IMG/VR virus record: IMGVR_UViG_3300031088_000737
Location: 1-64,000 of that record
Strand: one strand, 5' to 3'
From: a virus
Length of the DNA: 64,000 bases
The notes below the pieces were generated by a model, which did no database searches, was not told where the DNA came from, and saw only the letters and a list, made by a program, of their open reading frames with translations. Numbering within the stretch: position 1 is the first letter of the stretch; each line of letters starts with the position of its first letter. This document shows, in pieces, positions 29,564 through 38,971 of this stretch. A program made the position numbers and the translations under genes.

Positions 29564-30574
29564 ATGAATAAAATAGGCTTCGCTTGTAAATATATGCACG
29601 CTGACAGAACACTATCAGCCAAAGACCTTGAAACAGTAGAACGTCAGTATAATACCAAAACAACCACCGCTAAATGGCTATCCAGTGTGGATATCAGCGA
29701 TTCTTACGCCAAGTTGTTCATGGTTGTAGAACACAATCTTGCTTCCCAGCTAAAACTCCTTGAGTATGTTACTACACTTCCTGAGCCGCTTCGTATGGTG
29801 CGTTTAAGCAGCGATCTCCTTCCACTCTATTCTCATCATGCATGGGGACACTTCTACAAGCGAAACGATGTTAAAGCTATCTTAGAAAAAGGTTTTGCTC
29901 AAATAGGTCAGTATGCCAGAGAACATCAGATCAGGCTTTCTATGCATCCGGGTCAATTTTGTGTCTTAGCTTCTGACAGATACGATGTTGTTGAGAAAAG
30001 CATTGCTGAGTTTGAATATCATGTGGATATGATTCGTATGATGGGGTATGGTCAGACATTCCAAGATTTTAAATGTAATATCCATATTGCGGGTACAAAT
30101 GGCGTTGCTGGGACTATTGCTGTATTGCCGCATCTTAGCCAAGAAGCACGCAATTGCATTACTTTCGAGAACGAAGAAAAGAAATATGGTTTAGATGATT
30201 GTCTTCAATTGGCTGCCTATGCTCCTGTAGTGCTGGATGTGCATCATTGTTGGATACATGAAGGTGATTACATAGCGTTAACAGATGATCGCATACAACG
30301 TGTTTTAGAAAGTTGGAGAGGTGTTAGACCCACTATGCATTATTCTCAATCCAGAGAGTTTGTGCTTGATCATTTCAATGATAAACAAAAACTTGAAATA
30401 CCAGAACTCATGAAATATTATAATAAAAAAGACTTATATGCTCACAGTGACTATATGTGGAATGATTGGAGCAATCTTTATGTGAAAGAATTCATGGCTT
30501 ATTTCGATATTATGTTTGAAGTTAAAGCTAAGAATTTAGCCATCATTCAGTATTATGAGACGTATTTAAAATAG
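29564..30574 (+). CDS. uvsE: UV DNA damage endonuclease (UvsE/UvdE)
   Basis: RLSSDLLP, RLSMHPGQF, ENEE, LDVHH, MHYS, AHSD, EVKAKNLA. Confidence 0.9.
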   Translation: MNKIGFACKYMHADRTLSAKDLETVERQYNTKTTTAKWLSSVDISDSYAKLFMVVEHNLASQLKLLEYVTTLPEPLRMVRLSSDLLPLYSHHAWGHFYKRNDVKAILEKGFAQIGQYAREHQIRLSMHPGQFCVLASDRYDVVEKSIAEFEYHVDMIRMMGYGQTFQDFKCNIHIAGTNGVAGTIAVLPHLSQEARNCITFENEEKKYGLDDCLQLAAYAPVVLDVHHCWIHEGDYIALTDDRIQRVLESWRGVRPTMHYSQSREFVLDHFNDKQKLEIPELMKYYNKKDLYAHSDYMWNDWSNLYVKEFMAYFDIMFEVKAKNLAIIQYYETYLK

Positions 30575-30614
30575 TTGACTGTTTAGGCTTTAATTGATAT
30601 AATCTTGGCATTAA

Positions 30615-31247
30615 ATGTCGAGGTGTCCATTGAGAATTAATGTTACCACATCTGTCCCTAGCCTATACATGGTTGAATATGAAATGGTTGGGGATTATTT
30701 CAAAACACAATTCTATTCTAAATTTGAGATTAGAGATGAAGCTATTGTGACTTCACCAGAAGCTGTCGAATTGATTGCTCAAATTTTTCAAGAAGAAAAC
30801 AACAGTGAAAACAGTCAATTTGTTAAAGAAATTGCTATTGCAGAAGCTGTTGATGGCTATGTAACCGATTGTGATGTATTTCTAGACTCTTACAAGTCTA
30901 CTGATGGATTGATCAGGGATATTCCTATTTCATTTTGTTATCAATTGACTGATCAACGTATTATTGACTTCATTAAAGAACGACGACAATTTATTTTTGA
31001 CGAACTTCAAATCCCTAACACAAAAAATAGACACCTTCGTAGAGCTGAATCAGTTCAAGTTTCAAAAGTTACAGTATCAAACAATAGACTGTCCGTCAGT
31101 TTTGAGTTCTCTTTTCATGTTACAGAAGGTAAAGATTTTTTTATTGAACAATTAGGGAAAAATCGTTTTCGCTATCGTTTGAAAAACAATCATCATGGCG
31201 AGACTTTTTTTACTGTCAAAACATCATTTCATCAGGAGTTAACATAA
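30615..31247 (+). CDS. hypothetical protein
   Basis: 210-aa ORF coupled to the next gene (TAATG overlap). Confidence 0.7.
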   Translation: MSRCPLRINVTTSVPSLYMVEYEMVGDYFKTQFYSKFEIRDEAIVTSPEAVELIAQIFQEENNSENSQFVKEIAIAEAVDGYVTDCDVFLDSYKSTDGLIRDIPISFCYQLTDQRIIDFIKERRQFIFDELQIPNTKNRHLRRAESVQVSKVTVSNNRLSVSFEFSFHVTEGKDFFIEQLGKNRFRYRLKNNHHGETFFTVKTSFHQELT

Positions 31248-31972
31248 TGGATCAATTTCAAGAAGAATCTATCCAACGATACATTCACAATTACAATACT
31301 TTTTTATACCTACTTCAAAACAGAGCTTCCAAATCTGATGAAGAGCTTATTCATCTATTGCAAGACAACCATAATATGTCACGTTCAGTGTTGATGGATT
31401 TGGGTGTAAAGTTCAATGAAATTGAAAGAATTCGCACGCTGAATGAACGTGTTCGAGAGCTTCAAGAAGAACAAGACAGTTCCGATATCACTTATGATAA
31501 AGTGTCTATTTTCATTAAACAAATTTCAGATAAAGTAAAAAAATCTCTCTCAGATCTAGGTCTTTATGCACTTGTTGATGTGGGTATGTCACCTAATTTG
31601 GAAATAAAAGTTCGTATCATGAGTTCTACGCCAAAAGAAGGGAGCCGTTCTAATTATCGCTCAGAAGAAGAGTTTCAAACGTATGCTAAAAAGAAGCTGG
31701 ATGAACATAATCGTTTCATGAGTAACTTTGAAGTTTTGAACCGTAAGGATGATGGCTTTGTAGTTGCTTATACGAATAGCAATATAGGTTTGATTCAAGA
31801 TTGTATTGAGAAATCGCTTGGCACTGATGTAGGAAGTCTTGAATTTGTGTTGGACAACGTTTATGATGGTGAAAAACCTAATCATCGTATTGTGCCTTAC
31901 TTGAGTGAACTGACGCTTCGTTTCTGGACATTGCCTAGTAGCCGATCTTTTAATGAAATAAGTCGATATTGA
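31247..31972 (+). CDS. hypothetical protein
   Basis: GGAG SD; 241 aa; terminator at 31993-32021. Confidence 0.75.
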   Translation: MDQFQEESIQRYIHNYNTFLYLLQNRASKSDEELIHLLQDNHNMSRSVLMDLGVKFNEIERIRTLNERVRELQEEQDSSDITYDKVSIFIKQISDKVKKSLSDLGLYALVDVGMSPNLEIKVRIMSSTPKEGSRSNYRSEEEFQTYAKKKLDEHNRFMSNFEVLNRKDDGFVVAYTNSNIGLIQDCIEKSLGTDVGSLEFVLDNVYDGEKPNHRIVPYLSELTLRFWTLPSSRSFNEISRY

Positions 31973-32033
31973 TTTTATTTTATAAAGTTAACAAAAAACT
32001 CGAATTCAATCGAGTTTTTTTGTTTTCAATAGA

Positions 32034-32405
32034 TTAGATACTCACTTTACAAATATGGTAACGAGCATAATCACCAAAGTTACCGATAAAGTCTCCGCGA
32101 GTATATTTTACATTACCAATGATATGAGTGGTATTGTAAATATCTTTACCATCATATACTTTTATATTGTTATCGACAACATGAACAATACTGTATGCTG
32201 TATTTCGACCGTTTAACCAGTAATTGCTAGGGTAATCATATTGACAAGTTGGCTTTGGTGGTTCAGGAGGCAATTCAGGAATTGGTGGTGTTTTGTCTAC
32301 AAATTTAATAGACTCAGTAGGCATACCTTTACCTATTACTACATTGTAATCTGCAAAGCTGTTTGTGATCAGCAGAGAGGTAATTATTATCATTATTTTT
32401 TTCAT
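32034..32405 (-). CDS. predicted exported protein related to 54459-55106
   Basis: signal peptide MKKIMIIITSLLITNSFA-DY (start 32405 preferred); Pro-rich linker; ends YHICKVSI. Confidence 0.65.
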   Translation of the reverse strand: MKKIMIIITSLLITNSFADYNVVIGKGMPTESIKFVDKTPPIPELPPEPPKPTCQYDYPSNYWLNGRNTAYSIVHVVDNNIKVYDGKDIYNTTHIIGNVKYTRGDFIGNFGDYARYHICKVSI

Positions 32406-32569
32406 ATTCTTTTTATAATTGTTGTGTATTATAATATAACTTACCATGTAAACGTGGCTTGTAAATATAGTATTTTGCTTTAATAAAAGCAATATTCAAG
32501 ATATTGTATATTTATGTTGCAGTAAATTTTCTTTTTTGTTATAATCTAATATATTTTAGGAGAACCACT

Positions 32570-33808
32570 ATGGGCACACCCGCAACCACAAGAATTGCTA
32601 ACGAAGACGATTACATTGAACACCATACTCGTTGGGATGGTTTTCCTGAAGAGATTATAGGTTATATGCAAAATTTGTCTTCTAAATGGGAGACGGCTAT
32701 CGAACTTTTTAAAGATAAAATCACTGATGATAGTCAAGGAACAGTTGGCCTTACTGAATGGGCTAGTAATTTTGAGAAACTACTCGAACAATACAAAGAA
32801 TCCCCAACTATTGAAATAACAAGCTTATTGTTATGTTTCCTTTCTTTTACTCATCACCATGTGTTGCCACATAAAGCACCTGATGATTTGTTAAGTTACT
32901 GGGGTGAAGGAGAACCTGATGTTACTGCTCAATTGATTAATGGTGGGTTTACTTATACCAAATTAGATGAAGATGATGAAGAACCAGAAGATGGAGAAAA
33001 TAGACCTTCCCTCAAACAGCCAGATATTACGGTAGTTGTTAAACCTATTCCAGATGATTTCAAGGTCATGAGAATTTATAATCTTAACAAAGAAGGTCAA
33101 TTGGTAGAAGATGATTATGTTGACTTTAAATATAAAGACATTACCGAAGAAGAACTTTTTGCTAACGTTCTACATCTACCATTGTTTTTAAGAGATGTAT
33201 ACACATTAACTAAGACAACAAGAACAGAAAGAAAGAATAATGACTATAAGGATGACTCACTCACCAGATTGTTTCAAAAAATAGCAGAATTCTATCAGCC
33301 TACCACTGAATACATACGCTATGGTAGGGATAGCCATGATAAAGTTCGAACACTGGCTGAGCGGAAAAAATCTATTTCTGATTCTTTAGATAATGCTGAG
33401 TCTATGATTCCCTTTGATCTTTATACGTCTTCATTAGGTAATCACATTGCATTAGCAAACCCCGGAAAAGTTTTCCCATTGACGAAAGGTGAAAGTTTGT
33501 CTGAGTATACTGTCTCTTTCAAAGTTGCTATGTTTGATAATCGGCTTAATTCTATTTATTGCAATATTCCTAATAAAAGCGAAGAAGAAATGCTTTCTTT
33601 ATTGAACGATGTCACTTTGAGATTCGATTTTAGAATGCATCGTTTTAATACTTATCATAAAGTTGATAATATCAGTGAACAAATAGAGTTTTTACAGTTG
33701 ATTTGTGATGAACCATATTTAGGTATTCATTATGAGGAAGCACTTATTAGCTTAATGGAAAATCAATATTCTATTGAGATGAACAATCTATTGGAAAGCA
33801 ATGAATAA
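32570..33808 (+). CDS. hypothetical protein with MGT...DG(F/Y)P N-terminal domain
   Basis: AGGAG SD supports start 32570; MGTPATTRI...HHTRWDGFP resembles 41474-42040. Confidence 0.7.
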   Translation: MGTPATTRIANEDDYIEHHTRWDGFPEEIIGYMQNLSSKWETAIELFKDKITDDSQGTVGLTEWASNFEKLLEQYKESPTIEITSLLLCFLSFTHHHVLPHKAPDDLLSYWGEGEPDVTAQLINGGFTYTKLDEDDEEPEDGENRPSLKQPDITVVVKPIPDDFKVMRIYNLNKEGQLVEDDYVDFKYKDITEEELFANVLHLPLFLRDVYTLTKTTRTERKNNDYKDDSLTRLFQKIAEFYQPTTEYIRYGRDSHDKVRTLAERKKSISDSLDNAESMIPFDLYTSSLGNHIALANPGKVFPLTKGESLSEYTVSFKVAMFDNRLNSIYCNIPNKSEEEMLSLLNDVTLRFDFRMHRFNTYHKVDNISEQIEFLQLICDEPYLGIHYEEALISLMENQYSIEMNNLLESNE

Positions 33809-33834
33809 GTATCCACAGATTAAGATTGTAATAG

Positions 33835-33858
33835 AAAAGAGCCTTATGGCTCTTTTTT
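33835..33858. terminator. bidirectional intrinsic terminator
   Basis: AAAAGAGCC-TTAT-GGCTCTTTTTT. Confidence 0.75.
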
Positions 33859-34528
33859 ATATTTTTTTGTTTTTTTCCTGCTCTTGGAATAGTTTCCATT
33901 CCCTTTCAATAATTTCAGTTTGCATTATATAGGAAAGTTGATCATATTTTTTTAATTCAGGGTTACTATTAATCTTTTCATCATTTAATAATGATTTGAT
34001 GACAAACCCCAAAGTAATGCCAACTACTTTACCATCATTAGCATACACTGGACCGCCTGACATGCCTTTTGTAGTTGAATTACTGGTTAATTTGTAAAAC
34101 TCTTTTTTTACCTTATGACTAGCATTTTCAGAAGTTTGAATGAACTTGGTTTTCATGACATAACCTTCTGATTTTGCTGTTACATAAAGAGATGTATTTC
34201 CATATGATGTAACCTTTTCATCAATTATAGAATGTCTCCATTCAGGAATTTTACCAGTAGCTTTGGCCTTGATAAATACAAGATCGCAACCAGTGCTGCA
34301 TCTGTACACGACATTGCTTAAAAAAGGTGTGTGTGCTGCTGAAACAGCGTAATCTTCATTCCATTGAACTGATGAAGCAGCAAATATGTAAGGTAGTGGA
34401 AATCCAGAATAAATAGGTTTGTAGCCAAGAGCTTCATCTGAAGATGAAACCTTTACAAAACCATTGCAACCAGTTAGCAATGATAACGAAAAAGCAATGG
34501 CAGCAGATTTTACTAATTTTTTCATCAA
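33857..34528 (-). CDS. trypsin-like serine protease, lipoprotein
   Basis: lipobox LLTGC; triad SAAH, CDL, GMSGGP. Confidence 0.85.
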   Translation of the reverse strand: MMKKLVKSAAIAFSLSLLTGCNGFVKVSSSDEALGYKPIYSGFPLPYIFAASSVQWNEDYAVSAAHTPFLSNVVYRCSTGCDLVFIKAKATGKIPEWRHSIIDEKVTSYGNTSLYVTAKSEGYVMKTKFIQTSENASHKVKKEFYKLTSNSTTKGMSGGPVYANDGKVVGITLGFVIKSLLNDEKINSNPELKKYDQLSYIMQTEIIEREWKLFQEQEKNKKI

Positions 34529-34664
34529 ATATAACTCCTTTGTGATAATACTATTATACTAAAATTATAATATTAAGGCAATTTATCTATTAAATAAACG
34601 ACGAGTGACATTTTTAAAATTTTAAAAATAAATGATTAATGGTGAAAATTTATCAAATTATTTT

Positions 34665-35338
34665 CTATATTTTTTTTTCCTGTTCTTGGAATATTTTCCA
34701 TTCTCTTTCAATGATTTCAGTCTGCATCATATACGAAATAGAGCTAGGTTCTATAAGTTCTGGAACCTTTGCCAACTTTTCTTTACTTAGTAATGTTTTA
34801 ATTACGAATCCTAATGTAATTCCGACGACCTTGCCATCTTCTCCATAAATCGGACCACCTGACATGCCCATTATGCTGGATATGTTATTAAGTTTGTAAA
34901 GTTCTACCGATTTTTTGTTATTTATTTCAACATCTTTCTGAAATCTTGTTAAGAGCGATACACCTTCTGTTTTAGCTGGTATATACAGTGGGGAAGTACC
35001 ATAAGCGGTTAATTTTTCATTCGGAACGGAATGTCTCCACTCAGGAATATTACCAGTTGCTTTTCTTTTGATAAAGACTAAATCGCATCCTGTACTGCAG
35101 GTGTAAGCGATGTTTCTTAACAAGGGCGTATGTTTGGCCGTCACACAGCATAATCTTCGTTCCATTGAACAGATGACGCAACAAAGAATAAAGGTAAAGG
35201 AAAGCCAGAAAATACAGGCTCGTAGCCTGTTGCTTTTTCAGCAGATGTTAATTGAATGGTGCCATTACAACCAGAAAGTAAGGTGACAGCCGATATCACA
35301 AGTCCATACTTGATACATTTTGAAAGTCCATTTAACAC
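34665..35338 (-). pseudogene. frameshifted trypsin-like serine protease lipoprotein (tandem paralogue)
   Basis: track ORFs 35141-35338 and 34665-35165 join into one LLSGC...TAKH...CDL...GMSGGP protein if one TG is removed from GCTGTGTGACG (35142-35147). Confidence 0.8.
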
Positions 35339-35406
35339 AAAATTCTCCTAAAAACATTTAACTCATATTCAGATTGCGTCAAAAAAATATTTAGTCAACT
35401 TTAAAA

Positions 35407-35422
35407 TTGACCAGTTGGTCAA
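35407..35422. promoter_or_regulatory. palindromic operator matching the RutR box TTGACCAnnTGGTCAA
   Basis: TTGACCAGTTGGTCAA in a divergent intergenic region. Confidence 0.55.
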
Positions 35423-35592
35423 TAAAATGACGAATGGTTTTATCATTTGTTTATTGTATAAAATATGTTTTACTGTTGTTATAGGACATTAACTGCCTTG
35501 CCAAGCACACTGGCGAAATCTTTATGATAAGTGATTCAAACAAATCAACAGTAAATTAATTAACTAAGTGCTTATAGTTAAAGGAGACTAAA

Positions 35593-37116
35593 ATGAGTAA
35601 TTTTGACATTGCCAAGAAAGACGCTGCACGTCTATTAAAAATAGCTAAAGAAAACCTATCCGGTGATATGCCGACCATTCCTATCAAAAATCTAAGTCAA
35701 GCTAAAGAATATATTGCTAAAATAAAAGGATACAAAACATGGTTTGAATATGAACGTGAATTAAAAACACAAGATGCTCAATACATTAATTTTCATAAAA
35801 ATGAAAAATTAGCCGAAATTAAACGTGTTCTTGAAAACATTGATGACCTCACGAAACAAATACCTTTTAAATTTATCCCATCTGATCGTATAGTCGATGA
35901 GTTTAAATACTTTGAGAAAAAAGAAAGACAATCGTATGTCATAGCTAAAGAAATACAGGATAAAACATTTTTTTCTTCGCCTGAAAAACCTTGGAACATT
36001 AGTCAATATCCGCTTTATATCAGTGGTTCTACAGGATCGGGAAGTGATGAAAGTATATTTTCATTGTTGAATAATTATGTGAATAACCAAGAAGGGGCTA
36101 TCATCCTCAATGGTGATGGTGGTCATTCAAGCTTCTGGAAATTATATTCATCCGTTACTCATGCCAAACGAAATGATGACTTTTATATCTTAAATTTTAT
36201 GAGTAGAGATGAAAGTGCATCTAATACCATTGATCCGATTAACGATATCATCGGTGATGAAGCACTCTTTATGATATTGTTTGGTCAAAAAATGGGAGCA
36301 TTGATTAATTCTCTATGTGAATGTATTAAAAATGCAGATGGTTTAGTGTCCTTTGACAATTTAGAATCCTTTTTAAATTTAGACAACTTAAAACTTTTTT
36401 TAACCGATGATTTATTCAAATCTGCATGGTTGCAAATTGAAAGCTACCTTGCTGAGTTAGTAGACTTCGATGAGCGTAAAGCGATTAAAAAACATGTTAT
36501 CAATTGCATGCAAGCTCGAAAAACTGTTGATGTTATACTCAATCATCCTTTTGTTTTTTCTATTCAGCCACAAGTGAAAATGGATAAAGTGTTTTATCAA
36601 CGTAAACTATTGAATATTATGTTTCCATCTTTAGAGAAATCCCCAGATTACTGCTCTAATTTAGTTGCTTTGATTGTGGGAAATATTGAACATGTTGCTC
36701 GCAAATTTAAAGGTGTTCAAAACATTCAAAATATTATTTATAAAGAAATAGATTATTCTACATCTCATCAGTTAGTCGATTATATTTTCAAAGAAACAAA
36801 TCATGAGGCTATCAATTATATTTATAAATTTTATGGTCACTGGCAGCGATCATTGATGATTCCTAAATGTGTTGCTGAATCAAAAACATTTGCATTGATG
36901 AAAGAATATGATGAATACCCAGATGCTTTAAAGATAAAAATTTTTGACTATATGGTGGATAAGAAAGGAATATTTAGTAAAAAAGCCTTAAAAGATCTTG
37001 ATTGTGGTGAGGCATTTATATTCAGTACACTGCATCGACCAGTCTGTAAAGTTAAAATGATATATACGAAAATAGAAAGTGTTCATAGCTCTCAGTTAAA
37101 TAGAAAAAAAATGTAA
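35593..37116 (+). CDS. degenerate DotL/IcmO-like type IVB coupling protein with an N-terminal Glyoxalase_8-like helical domain
   Basis: YISGSTGSGSDE, RNDDFYILNFMS, SNTIDPI and RKLLNIMFPSLEKSPDYCSNL align with DotL/TrbC blocks; Walker A lysine lost; N-terminal AKKDAARL...LSQAKEYIAKIKGYKTW. Confidence 0.7.
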   Translation: MSNFDIAKKDAARLLKIAKENLSGDMPTIPIKNLSQAKEYIAKIKGYKTWFEYERELKTQDAQYINFHKNEKLAEIKRVLENIDDLTKQIPFKFIPSDRIVDEFKYFEKKERQSYVIAKEIQDKTFFSSPEKPWNISQYPLYISGSTGSGSDESIFSLLNNYVNNQEGAIILNGDGGHSSFWKLYSSVTHAKRNDDFYILNFMSRDESASNTIDPINDIIGDEALFMILFGQKMGALINSLCECIKNADGLVSFDNLESFLNLDNLKLFLTDDLFKSAWLQIESYLAELVDFDERKAIKKHVINCMQARKTVDVILNHPFVFSIQPQVKMDKVFYQRKLLNIMFPSLEKSPDYCSNLVALIVGNIEHVARKFKGVQNIQNIIYKEIDYSTSHQLVDYIFKETNHEAINYIYKFYGHWQRSLMIPKCVAESKTFALMKEYDEYPDALKIKIFDYMVDKKGIFSKKALKDLDCGEAFIFSTLHRPVCKVKMIYTKIESVHSSQLNRKKM

Positions 37117-37206
37117 TGTATTAAATAATATTTATCTTGATTAAAACACATGACAACTTTATTATTTTGATAGAAATGTTATAATAAAAAAAACAATAAA
37201 ATTGTC

Positions 37207-38970
37207 ATGAATCAAGAATATTTAGATATAGCCTCAAATTACTCAAGTTCTTCAAGATTTAGTCACTGTATTGGCTATATTAAGATCCTTCCCTTTAAAG
37301 ACCCTACTGATGGTCTTCTCAATAGTTTAAAAACAAATTCTAAAAATATACTATTACCTTTTGGATCAATCAAACAATATTTAGAAGCTGAACAGTTTCA
37401 TATGATTGCTATTCAAGACAATGAAGAAATCACAGCTCGTTATCGTCTATTAAATGATATGAATATTATAAAAAAAATAAAACCTAACTTCACACAATTA
37501 AGTGTATTAGCACAAGAGGCTGGTGTTGATTATGGCGATCTTTTGGCTGATGTTAACCAATTAGAGCAAATAAATGAGCAATTGTTAGCCCCATTTAGAC
37601 GAACAATAGACTATTCACACGAACTATTATTACTCTGTCCTTATTTAATTAAAAGCAAATCATTGCCAACTTATGATAATTATTTGAACATGTTAAAAGA
37701 CTTAAATGAAGAATATGACGATATATTACATAATGGTTTCTATGACAAAATAGAAACACTCAAACATGAAATGGCTCACCATATGATCACTTTTCACAAT
37801 ATATTGGATAAAGTATTGGAAAGAATCCAAGAAAAAAATCCAGAAATTTTGTCTACAATGAGTTCTCGATATTCGACTGAATTAAATAATTCCACTGGGG
37901 ATATTTCACAGTTCTTATTGGATAAAACATTTGATGAAACTATTCAATCTTCTATAAAACTTGAAGACAATCAAAAAGTTCAAGCCTATATCGTATTTAA
38001 AGATAACAGTATTGCAGTGAAAACAAAAGGACAATTTTCAGCTATCAATACGATGTCTGAATTGGATAATTCTTTTGTTGGATTAAAAGAAAGTATTGTG
38101 GCGTATAAATTAAAAAAACGACCTCAAATAGCCAAGTTATTCATAGAGCTTGCAAGAGAAAGCATTCATTTTGACAAGTGTCTTATTGCTATTGATACGT
38201 TTATCAATAATGAACAAATTCTTAAAAATATGAAAATGGATTTAAACATATTTACAAATAAGTCATTTGAAGTTATAGATGACCACATGAATAGTTTAGT
38301 AAATGAACATAAAACTAATCAGTATGCGAACAGTATATTAAGTAATAAAAATAAACACCTATTAACACCCGCAGCAATAGCTTCTTTTAAATTATTAAGA
38401 GAAATGAATGTCACTGAACAAGAATTACAAAAGGCTGTTGGCAAAAAAATGGCGGCTATTAAAACGTCTGATGATTTGGAAGCTTACTTGGTTAAAGTGT
38501 TAGGACAGTATACAGGTTTTAGTCATGAAGCTGTATCTTCTAAATTAGAGCGTGCATCCATTATACCTGTTTATGATAATGGTGATGTATTAGTATTCCC
38601 AGTTACTGAGTATAAACATTCAAAAGAGCTAGGAAGTCCAAGCTGGTGTATTGTTCGTGAAGAAAGTTATTTTAGAACTTATACTGATTACAATCAAAAA
38701 CAATATTTTATGTATGACTTTTCTAAAAATGAAAAGGATAATGATTCTTTAATTGGGTTCACACTCACAAAAGATGGTAATTTTCACACTCAACATCTTA
38801 GAGATGATGATTACCTAAGTGTTGATGAAAAATTACAATATATTGCTGATAATATCATGTTTAACCACAAAGATGAATTTAATCTCAGTGAAAAGAAAAT
38901 AGCCAGCTTGGATAAAATGTTTGAGAAGACATTAAAAAAACAAATAAATAAAAATAAACAGGGTCTATAA
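37207..38970 (+). CDS. hypothetical protein, LGSPSWC family, paralogue of 18135-19943
   Basis: shared blocks listed for 18135; tail KNKQGL. Confidence 0.8.
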   Translation: MNQEYLDIASNYSSSSRFSHCIGYIKILPFKDPTDGLLNSLKTNSKNILLPFGSIKQYLEAEQFHMIAIQDNEEITARYRLLNDMNIIKKIKPNFTQLSVLAQEAGVDYGDLLADVNQLEQINEQLLAPFRRTIDYSHELLLLCPYLIKSKSLPTYDNYLNMLKDLNEEYDDILHNGFYDKIETLKHEMAHHMITFHNILDKVLERIQEKNPEILSTMSSRYSTELNNSTGDISQFLLDKTFDETIQSSIKLEDNQKVQAYIVFKDNSIAVKTKGQFSAINTMSELDNSFVGLKESIVAYKLKKRPQIAKLFIELARESIHFDKCLIAIDTFINNEQILKNMKMDLNIFTNKSFEVIDDHMNSLVNEHKTNQYANSILSNKNKHLLTPAAIASFKLLREMNVTEQELQKAVGKKMAAIKTSDDLEAYLVKVLGQYTGFSHEAVSSKLERASIIPVYDNGDVLVFPVTEYKHSKELGSPSWCIVREESYFRTYTDYNQKQYFMYDFSKNEKDNDSLIGFTLTKDGNFHTQHLRDDDYLSVDEKLQYIADNIMFNHKDEFNLSEKKIASLDKMFEKTLKKQINKNKQGL

Positions 38971-38971
38971 T

